DNA of 32,175 nucleotides from Basidiobolus ranarum (Eukaryota): NCBI GenBank assembly GCA_040143965.1, contig JASJQH010000085.1, positions 1 to 32,175 of the forward strand, read 5' to 3'. Shown piece by piece: positions 24,251 to 32,175 of this stretch (position 1 is its first letter; each line of letters starts with the position of its first letter). The notes under the pieces were generated by a model. It saw only the letters and a program-made list of their open reading frames with translations, ran no database searches and was not told where the DNA came from. The position numbers and the translations under genes were made by a program.

Positions 24251-25807
24251 ATGTCTAACCTGTGGAACGTAACTATGCCTTCCCTCGTTGAACCCTATGA
24301 GAAGCCTAAAGCGAACAAAACCTGGCCTAAGAGAAGAGTCTCGTTACTTTCCTCAAACCCAACTCCTTTGGTCACTTCCAGCTCTCACCAACCAACTCCG
24401 ACTCTACTAGCGAGGAAGCCTTGCGAGAAAGCCTCCCAGCTTAATGGCCATCAATCCAAGATATCTTCGAAGGGAGAAGTCAAACTGTATCATCATTCTC
24501 CTCTAGAATCTAAAAAAGCAGTCTCTCTTCAATATCCTAGGAAAAAAAGCGGGGAAGTAGTCAAACCTGCTCTAAAAAGCAAGGAAAGTGAACAGCCAGA
24601 GCTGACATCCATTATTCCGACCAAATTTGTCCATTTTGATGCCCAACTTGAGTATATCAAGTTGTTTATGAAAGGTGAGAAACCTCAGACCATTTCTAAC
24701 CCTGGTTCCGATGCGGAAGATGGAACATCCTCGGATGACGATTTTTATGATCAGGATGAAGTATCTTTATCGATACGTCTCCCCAATTTCCAACCATCCC
24801 CCTTCTCTTTCTACACCTCGAAGGCTGTTAGCATTGACTCCATTACACTCTCCCAGGATAAGAAAAAGTTAGTTGGTGGTATATTGGTTGCCAATCTCGC
24901 CTACCATAAGCACGTATCCATACGCTACACGTTCGATTTCTGGCAAACTACTGAAGAGATATCGGCAGATTTTAAGCAACCCACCACTAAGGAGTTTAAC
25001 AACGGTATTGGAATCGATGAGTTTTCTTTCAGTATAGATCTTGAGAAAAGGATCAGTTTGGAGCTTAGCTCGCCAAAGAAAACTTTGTTCTTGGCGGTCA
25101 AATACCAAGTTGACAACCAAGAATACTGGGACAATAATGATGGCATGAACTACCACGTTGAATTCGTTCTCTCGAAAACAAGAAATGGAAATGACCCTTG
25201 GGATACCTATCAGTCTATGAGTGTAAACAGTAAAAGCCAACCGATTGAGATCAAAAGATCTTCATTCAACGACAGCAACTCACTTTTGGCCTCATCCCCC
25301 GAAAGCCCTTTAGTATCATTAAAATCGGCCTCAACCAACAAGCTAAGTTCTCGGTATGATTTCGAAGCTTCTCTTTCTGCACTCTTGGCAGCAGAAACAC
25401 ACAATCCTCAAAAGAAATTCTCATCATACCTTGATTGCCCAACATCTGACCAAATAGACCGTCAATACGAATCATACAGCAATTCCCCTGCATTCTCAAC
25501 CCCATCAACGCTATCAAAAATGCTTAGCCATGAGTACGACTCCTATAGCTCAGCCTCTGTCGAATCACCTTTTGGAAATAACTCTTGGGAGGAGCCAACA
25601 TATCTGCTTAATGCATATGATAGCTTTTCCCGTAATTATGTTTCGAACACGCCTTCATGTATCCCATCCAAGTCAGGGAATAGTTTAATTAATGCACGCA
25701 GTGAGAATGATTCTGATAACCATATCCTTGACGGACCACACATCAAATCACACTCATATGGAGCATCTCCTGCAGTTTGTAATAACACAGCTTTTCACCT
25801 AGAGTAG
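24251..25807 (+). CDS. Protein phosphatase 1 glycogen-targeting regulatory subunit (Gac1/PPP1R3-like, CBM21 domain), intronless, 518 aa
   Basis: VKPALK and RVxF-type KFVHF PP1-docking motifs. CBM21 signature GILVANLAYHKHVSIRYTFDFW...AVKYQVDNQEYWDNNDGMNYHV. Confidence 0.92.
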   Translation: MSNLWNVTMPSLVEPYEKPKANKTWPKRRVSLLSSNPTPLVTSSSHQPTPTLLARKPCEKASQLNGHQSKISSKGEVKLYHHSPLESKKAVSLQYPRKKSGEVVKPALKSKESEQPELTSIIPTKFVHFDAQLEYIKLFMKGEKPQTISNPGSDAEDGTSSDDDFYDQDEVSLSIRLPNFQPSPFSFYTSKAVSIDSITLSQDKKKLVGGILVANLAYHKHVSIRYTFDFWQTTEEISADFKQPTTKEFNNGIGIDEFSFSIDLEKRISLELSSPKKTLFLAVKYQVDNQEYWDNNDGMNYHVEFVLSKTRNGNDPWDTYQSMSVNSKSQPIEIKRSSFNDSNSLLASSPESPLVSLKSASTNKLSSRYDFEASLSALLAAETHNPQKKFSSYLDCPTSDQIDRQYESYSNSPAFSTPSTLSKMLSHEYDSYSSASVESPFGNNSWEEPTYLLNAYDSFSRNYVSNTPSCIPSKSGNSLINARSENDSDNHILDGPHIKSHSYGASPAVCNNTAFHLE

Positions 25808-26463
25808 TGTATATAAGCGCTATTTTATCATCCTTTCCCACTGTACACTACGCTATCCCTTTATATGCTACATATATCACCGTTTCTTCTCTCTATTTTC
25901 GTTTCACATTTTTCATTTCTTACCTGACTCTGTCTGACATAGGTATAGGTACTGTAATATATATGTATCTCAATGTTTAATAAATACGCCGTCCTAATTT
26001 ACTACAACCACTATCCCTTCACTATTTGTATGTGTACAATCCGCTCGCCAATCAAGTAGAACCTGCCTTATCTCCCGTATCTTACTTCTAGTTTTATTAT
26101 GAAACATCATTAGAGCGTGTACCCTATCAGTGATTCAGCGTTGTCATGTGCGGAGTTCTTCACCAGTGAGTTGGAGATACCCCAGCTTGTGGCCCCACCG
26201 ATACCCCACATTCGGTTATTATCACTTCCAAATTCTGATAATCAAACTCTCAAAAAATCCATCATGCAAGTTAGAGAATTGGCGGCACCACCCGATTTCA
26301 TAGAATTACGTACCAAAATTCCAATGATCCCCATTCATTTCCCCAACATCACTAGTGGTAGTGTTACCCCAATAAAACTGGAACCCTGAGCGTATAAATT
26401 AGAATCCGAGGGGAAGTGGAAATGTTACTGTGTTAACTTTCTCAGACCTTCAATATTGTCAAC

Positions 26464-27216
26464 ATGTTCGCTCGTACTGCTGCTACTTTCATGAGAGCTG
26501 GTACCTAATTGTGTTAATTTGGAAATGATCCTTTCGAATAATTGCTTACTTAAATTACTTGATTAGGCTCTCAATCTCTCCGCACTGCTGCTCCTAAGGC
26601 TCGTGCTTTCACCACCCAAGCAGCTCCCCGTACCGCTGCCAAGGCTTCCACTTTGTTCGGTTTGGTCGCCGCTGCTACTGCTGGTACTGCTTACTGGACT
26701 AGCAACAGCGTTGTTTTCGCTGAATCTAGCCCTGCTGGTGCCAAGGGTACTGCTTCTGAGCGTACTTTCATTGCCATTAAGCCTGACGGTGTTCAACGTT
26801 CTCTCATCGGTGAGATCATCAAGCGTTTTGAATCTCGTGGTTACAAGCTTGTTGGTATGAAGCTTCTCGTTCCTGGTAAGGATTTAGCCGAGGAACATTA
26901 TGCTGATTTGAAGACCAAGCCTTTCTTCAAGGGATTGGTTGACTACATGACCAACGGTAAGGCTCCTGTTGTTGCCATGGTCTGGGAAGGTCAAGATGTT
27001 ATCAAGCAAGGTCGTTCCATCATCGGTGCCACTAACCCTCTTGAATCTGCACCTGGTACCATCCGTGGTGATCTCTGCATCTCCGTTGGCCGTAACATTA
27101 TCCACGGATCTGACTCCTTCGAAAGTGCTGAGAAGGAAATCGGTCTTTGGTTCAAGGAAAATGAGATTGTTAGCTGGACCCCTGCTATCGCTGAATGGAT
27201 CTTCTCTGCCAACTAG
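26464..27216 (+). CDS. NDK1: Nucleoside diphosphate kinase with an N-terminal mitochondrial presequence, 2 exons
   Basis: Exons 26464-26500 and 26567-27216 (GT-AG, CTAA branch-like motif). [26 protein letters not shown] and catalytic RNIIHGSDS. Strong codon bias. Confidence 0.96.
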
Positions 27217-28032
27217 AAATATTATAACATTGTCATTTTGTTAATAAACAAATTCAACCATTCAATTCAACTGCTTAATCACATTATTCCATTGAATATT
27301 TGGGTATCATAGTCTCCCCCCTCCAAGTGGGTCATGATTAATCCTCTACTCCATGTCGCTGATTCAGATTAGAGACAAATTGTTTCTTTCTCATTTAGAT
27401 CACCTCCATTAGGGCTAGGGTTAGACTACGTACCTTACTCTGACCATATCCTTTCTAGGCGAATGTTTTGATATCCAATCAAAATGCTGTATATGTGTCT
27501 TTGGGAGTGGTTGTGTAGAGCGTTAGATTTAGTAATAAGATGAATCCGCGACCATATCAGGGACCATTAATATTCGTATTTAATTATTGTGACGGTTACT
27601 ATTGAAGTTAGTACCCAAAGAAGGTAACAGAGCAATCAGTGAGTTATGACTGAAAAGGAAATATGTGTGGAATCTGACTCAGGGCGCAATGTCAAAGAGT
27701 GAGCATAGAGTTTCAAGTGATGGACAAGGGAAGCGAAGTGGAACTGGGTGATTGAACTGAATGGTTTAGCCTAACCCTCAGTACCATGTATCTTACATAC
27801 GCGCACATGCTCCTTAAACGTGCACTCTATTAATAGCCCCCGCAGGCAATCACTTCAACTATTCCTTTTCTCACTGCATATAAAATTGACGTCTGCCATA
27901 TATGATTTTTGGATTCAATCAAGCAAATCACTTTCGTTGAAAAGCATAAATACTGCCCTTTTCACAGTCCATCTCGATTGCCCTCCTCCTCTCAAATCCT
28001 AGTGGCAGTGATATATTTCGTTGTCCCAGAGC

Positions 28033-28812
28033 ATGCGATTCAACAAAAAGAAATCCATTGAAATCACGACAACAAAGCGTATACTAATTGGCGTATTGAG
28101 TGTAGAACTGGTATACTCTCCTTCGTTCTTAATCTATTTGTTAAGATATCTCAACCTTTCTTTCTGTTGCTTAGATCACTTTGCTGTTACTACTATACTT
28201 TGACCTTCGCCACGCTAAATCACCATTCCCGTATATCCCAGTAGTTGCGAATATGCTTTCCATTGTTATATGCGCTGTTAACATATACGCCTCACTTCGT
28301 TACATCAAACGGATTCTACTTCTTGTAGGAGTTGTTTTTAACATTGAACGTATTCACTGAAAAAGCTTACTTACTTAATTTAACTAGTATTCTTTATGGT
28401 GTGTCTTTTACGTTCTTTGGATTGTCTTTTGTATATTGACCAGCATGCACGTGATCAAGATTGAGAGTTACAATCAGGAGACTTCAACTAAACCATGGAT
28501 ATCCGATGAAGATGCCTTTGAATCCATACCAATTCAATATGGACTTTCGTTTGCTTGGTATTTACATTTCTTACTAAAAACCAGTGCACTTACCAGCTTA
28601 CTACTGGTTTACATCTTGGAGATTATTCTTACGGTAAGTATTAATGTTGTCTTATCAACCGAATGAGAGAGTAAACATGATTCATCATTTAGATTGCTAC
28701 TGCCATTCTGTCAATACTTGTTCGTCGTGCTTACCTAATCGAACAAAGACATTGGGATGATTTAGATAATCAAACCCTTACAAGAAGTTCCACCACGTGG
28801 TCTAAGTATTGA
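28033..28812 (+). CDS. NKAIN (Na,K-ATPase-interacting)-like multi-pass membrane protein, 197 aa, 4 exons
   Basis: Exons 28033-28110, 28175-28324, 28388-28633, 28693-28812, joined by three phase-0 GT-AG introns into one ORF: MRFNKKKSIEITTTKRILIGVLSVEL|ITLLLLLYFDLRHAKSPFPYIPVVANMLSIVICAVNIYASLRYIKRILLL|YSLWCVFYVLWIVFCILTSM...VYILEIILT|IATAILSILVRRAYLIEQRHWDDL...SKY*. TATAAAA upstream at 27879-27885. Confidence 0.8.
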
Positions 28813-29230
28813 CCAGAGAAGATCACTTTTGATTAGACTTCATGATATGCTTTGATTTCGGTGACAGGTGTCTCGATTTCGGTGTAAATAAATTACCAAA
28901 ATACTTTAAAGTAGTAAATAGAATAAAAATGTACTCGAGTTAGTAAGAAATTCATGTAACGATATCTTGTCATCTAAAAATGGAACTTGGGATATAAAAC
29001 TTTAATCACCATTTTCAAACATCTCTTGTAGTACCAAATGGATTTTTATTTAATGCTGGTTATGAATTATCTCTAATTGAATTCACTTTTTATTCTTAAG
29101 TAAAATGGATATTATATAAGATCATTATTTTTCATTCGGATTTTATTAATAGATGCGATGAAGTTGATATGGTCCCAATTATGTACATGTATAGGTGAGA
29201 AGATTGTGGTTATGAAAAGGTAATGATTGT

Positions 29231-30820
29231 TTAAACTGAAATTAACTTGGGGGCATATGATGCGAATGAGAATAGAAGTCCAGCAACAAGGCCAGCCGCG
29301 GGGAGAGTCAAAAACCATGAGAAGAAACACCATGCCAACATGCGCCAGTTGATTGTCTTTGCACTGCCGTTGCATAAACCAACGGCGGCGGTAGCTCCAG
29401 TAATACAGTGAGTGGTAGACACTGGAAGTCCAATCTTGGATGCAGTTAATACAGTCAAACAACTGCCAAGTTCCATACTGAATCCACGGGAAGGTGAGTG
29501 ATAGGTGATCTTGTTGCCGAGGGAGCGCATAATCTTATATCCATATGTAATGAGACCAATATCAATAAATAAGCCACCCATAGCAAGCACCCAAAGTGGA
29601 ACTGGAGTTTTCCCTTCAACATCGATTGTTGCCGTGGACCAGATGTAGTAGATGGTAGAGAGTGGACCTACAGAGTTGGCGACATCATTGGAACCGTGAG
29701 CGAAACTGGCCATCGAGGCGGTGACAACTTGGATAAAGCTGTACATGTACTCGGTATCATCGTCGTATCTGTCAGCTGCATCGTGGATCTTCTGAAGTCT
29801 CTCCTCTTTACAGGTAACCACATCTTTGCGAACCCCGTTAAGAATTGTATTCTTGATTTTGCCCAGGAAAGTAGTGGGTTTGGCCTCTTCTTCATTCTCA
29901 ATTTCAAGATTACCCTTTTCCTCGCCACCTAATTCCATCTTCTGCTCGATGACCGGAGGGCGAGGACTAAGGATGGGTATGATAAATACGTGATACCATT
30001 TGAGGTTTTCTTTCTCGCAGATTGTGCGTCTGAACCAAGGAGCGATAAAGAACCAACAGAAGAGAATGACTAACAAGGTAGCACCAATAGTAGATCCCCA
30101 GATAATTCCGGGTGTAATATCCTGGAGATTGAGATCTGGTGCGCCCTTCTGGAGAACATAGAAGATGCAAACGAATGCGGTAAGGCCAAAGTAGAATGGG
30201 ATGGCTCGAAGTCCTCTCTCGAAAGAGTTGGGTTTAACAAGTACCAAGTACTTAGTAGACATGTAGATGATACTGGCTATAATACCCGCTGCTACTGGTG
30301 AAACAAACCATGAAGTGACAATCTTGGCGACACCAGTATAACTCCAATCGACACTGTTAACACCAAATGCTGCGATACCAACACCAATCATAGCGCCAAC
30401 GATTGAATGAGTGGTCGATACTGGCCAACCCTGGCGGGTGGCAAATAGCACCCAGCATGAAGAGCCCATTACAGCACATACCATGGCGAGCTGAATGATG
30501 GAAAATTGATTAATAAAAGTAATATACATTGTCAATAGAGTTTGTGAATTGCTTACCATTAACAATTCTGGTTGACCGTTGAATTTATTTAGATCAATGA
30601 TCTTCCCACGAATGGTTTCAGCAGTTCCGGAGCCCAACAAGAAAGCGCCAAAGAATTCGGTAAATATGGCGATACAACAGGCTTGGGCAAGAGTGAGAGA
30701 TTTCGAAGCAACAGAGGTGGAAAAGGAGTTCGCTACATCATTAGCACCAATGCCATAGGCATCGAGCATGGAGAAGAGAAGCCCCAGAACAAACAACCAA
30801 GTATAATCGTGTATTTCCAT
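29231..30820 (-). CDS. PHO89: PiT/PHO4-family inorganic phosphate symporter (Pho89-like, probably Na+-coupled), 2 exons
   Basis: ATG at 30820 (MEIHDYTWLF). Both PiT signatures (GIGANDVANSF; AHGSNDVANSVGP), WPVSTTHSIVG, GLPVSTTHC. In-frame 66-nt intron 30556-30491 (GTAAGC...CAG). Confidence 0.95.
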   Translation of the reverse strand: MEIHDYTWLFVLGLLFSMLDAYGIGANDVANSFSTSVASKSLTLAQACCIAIFTEFFGAFLLGSGTAETIRGKIIDLNKFNGQPELLMVSNSQTLLTMYITFINQFSIIQLAMVCAVMGSSCWVLFATRQGWPVSTTHSIVGAMIGVGIAAFGVNSVDWSYTGVAKIVTSWFVSPVAAGIIASIIYMSTKYLVLVKPNSFERGLRAIPFYFGLTAFVCIFYVLQKGAPDLNLQDITPGIIWGSTIGATLLVILFCWFFIAPWFRRTICEKENLKWYHVFIIPILSPRPPVIEQKMELGGEEKGNLEIENEEEAKPTTFLGKIKNTILNGVRKDVVTCKEERLQKIHDAADRYDDDTEYMYSFIQVVTASMASFAHGSNDVANSVGPLSTIYYIWSTATIDVEGKTPVPLWVLAMGGLFIDIGLITYGYKIMRSLGNKITYHSPSRGFSMELGSCLTVLTASKIGLPVSTTHCITGATAAVGLCNGSAKTINWRMLAWCFFSWFLTLPAAGLVAGLLFSFASYAPKLISV

Positions 30821-31556
30821 GTTAATCTGATTTGAATGAAAACTGACGGTTGTTGGTTGTGTACGAGCCACTTTATATATAGAACCTTATACGAGCCAAA
30901 TGCAGTAGAATATTTTAGGTGATGCCCAATCAAGTCTTGATAACAGCCATCGTGGTGGTAGCATGAAATAGGGTTTGGGACATCAATTACTTTCGCTGAA
31001 TATTCTATCGTCGATCCAATAACTGTTACAGGATTAAGCGCAGGGTTTCTTTAATTCCATATTAGTCTAATGTTGATTTTCTTCAAGAAAAAAGGAATTT
31101 TTATAAATATTATTTCTATTGGGGAATAAATGTATGTATACACCAAGTGAACACTTTCCATTATAGGAAATCCCTATTTTGTTAACATTCTGTAGCGTTG
31201 AATTTGACGTTGCTTTGATGGAACTCTATCGAGAATACTCCAGTAATCAGCTTAGGGTCATTAGTTCGCAAATAGGTAGTGAAATAGGCGCTGGCGTAGG
31301 CTTTGTTTGCTCATATCATTACTGATTCTACCAGATTGGGGATTAGGTTGACAATATCGAATGAATTTTATTGAAGCTTATTCATATGATAAGGTTGTAT
31401 TGGTGCTTGATTGAAATTGGCGATATGATGTAACAATGAAAGTAACTCTTCCAGGATACCTGTCCTTTCAAGATACCCGTCTATCTATCGAGCAATCGTC
31501 ATCGAAAAATATTTAATACTTACTAAACTCATTCTTACTGTGATTGGAACCATTGC

Positions 31557-32174
31557 TTAATTCAGTTTAGATACTGATACTATTTGGGTAGTGGTAGTAC
31601 ACGGAGTAGAGGTTGGCCCTTCATGTTCGGTGTTCTTGGTCTTACTAGAGGTCTCCGACTTCGAGTGTTTTTCAGTTTTGCTTGTGTTAATATGCTTGAT
31701 GGAGTTTTCACTTGTGTGTTTATCAGAACCATGCTTGGATGGGTAATCACAGATCACCTTATCTTTACCATTCGAGAAGCAACGAGTGCCTTCTCCGCAA
31801 GGACGACGACGCCAGGTTTTATTCACACATTGATAAAAACCATCTCCATCACATTTGTATTTACCTGAGATACATCCACGTCCATTGTCAGTGGGGGTTT
31901 CTGATGAGCTTGAGTGGGTTTTGGAGCCAGAGTGAGTCTTAGTAGTGCTCTCAGTGGAATGCGTTTTAGTGTGCTTTTTAGTGGTAGTGGTAGAAGTGGA
32001 GCGCCCAGTCTTAGTTGAGCTTTCAGCGGAGTGCGTTTTGGTGTGCTTCTTGGTGGTAGTGGTGGAAGTAGAAGTGGAGTGATCCGTCTCTGTATGGCTC
32101 TTGGTTGACCAAGGATGCTTTGTCTTGGTCTTGGTTTTGGTAAGAGTATAGCAAGAAGACTCACTGCATCCACC
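31557..32174 (-). CDS. 3' part of a Thr/Ser/Lys/His-rich protein with a CBM19-like chitin-binding module (5' end outside the window)
   Basis: Frame open from 32174 to TAA at 31557. Module CISGKYKCDGDGFYQCVNKTWRRRPCGEGTRC...VICDY (31874-31743) has CBM19 Cys/Gly/aromatic spacing and is flanked by low-complexity linkers. Confidence 0.75.
   Translation of the reverse strand, partial: GGCSESSCYTLTKTKTKTKHPWSTKSHTETDHSTSTSTTTTKKHTKTHSAESSTKTGRSTSTTTTKKHTKTHSTESTTKTHSGSKTHSSSSETPTDNGRGCISGKYKCDGDGFYQCVNKTWRRRPCGEGTRCFSNGKDKVICDYPSKHGSDKHTSENSIKHINTSKTEKHSKSETSSKTKNTEHEGPTSTPCTTTTQIVSVSKLN
31935..32078 (-). repeat. Intragenic duplication encoding STSTTTTKKHTKTHS(A/T)ES(S/T)TKT twice
   Basis: Units 32078-32007 and 32000-31935; differences are mostly synonymous. 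Confidence 0.8.
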
Positions 32175-32175
32175 G

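Noticed and set aside
27770-27778. CCTAACCCT as a telomerase RNA template
   Set aside because: It lies just upstream of the TATA box of the NKAIN-like gene, no pseudoknot is evident, and similar boxes recur in other intergenic regions
21417-30820. Phosphate-themed cluster (phosphoesterase, PP1 subunit, NDK, Pho89) under Pho4 control
   Set aside because: The functions are only loosely related, and I found no CACGTG upstream of PHO89, only scattered CACGTT elsewhere
31823-32173. 116-aa Pro/Leu-rich ORF in the ORF track
   Set aside because: Wrong frame; the frame starting at 32174 is open to 31557 and contains the CBM19 module

Overview
Intron-rich, AT-rich eukaryotic DNA from an early-diverging fungus (inferred: Zoopagomycota/Mucoromycota-like gene content, ~50-90 nt introns). 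I hand-spliced 11 protein-coding genes: NoxR (+), UBR1 (-), an Integrator subunit 10-like gene (+), a Gfo/Idh/MocA oxidoreductase (-), NOP4/RBM28 (+), a membrane-anchored metallophosphoesterase (-), a CBM21 PP1 glycogen-targeting subunit (+), a presequence-bearing NDK (+), a 4-exon NKAIN-like membrane protein that the ORF track only shows as fragments (+), a PHO89/PiT phosphate symporter (-), and the 3' part of a CBM19 protein (-). Three observations stand out: (1) a homolog of the animal Na,K-ATPase-interacting NKAIN family, with introns at apparently animal-equivalent positions, next to a PiT symporter; (2) an apparent AT-AC intron without the U12 consensus in NOP4, the longest of about 64 introns traced; (3) a fungal INTS10. 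Family calls rest on motif recognition and remembered reference sequences, not database searches.
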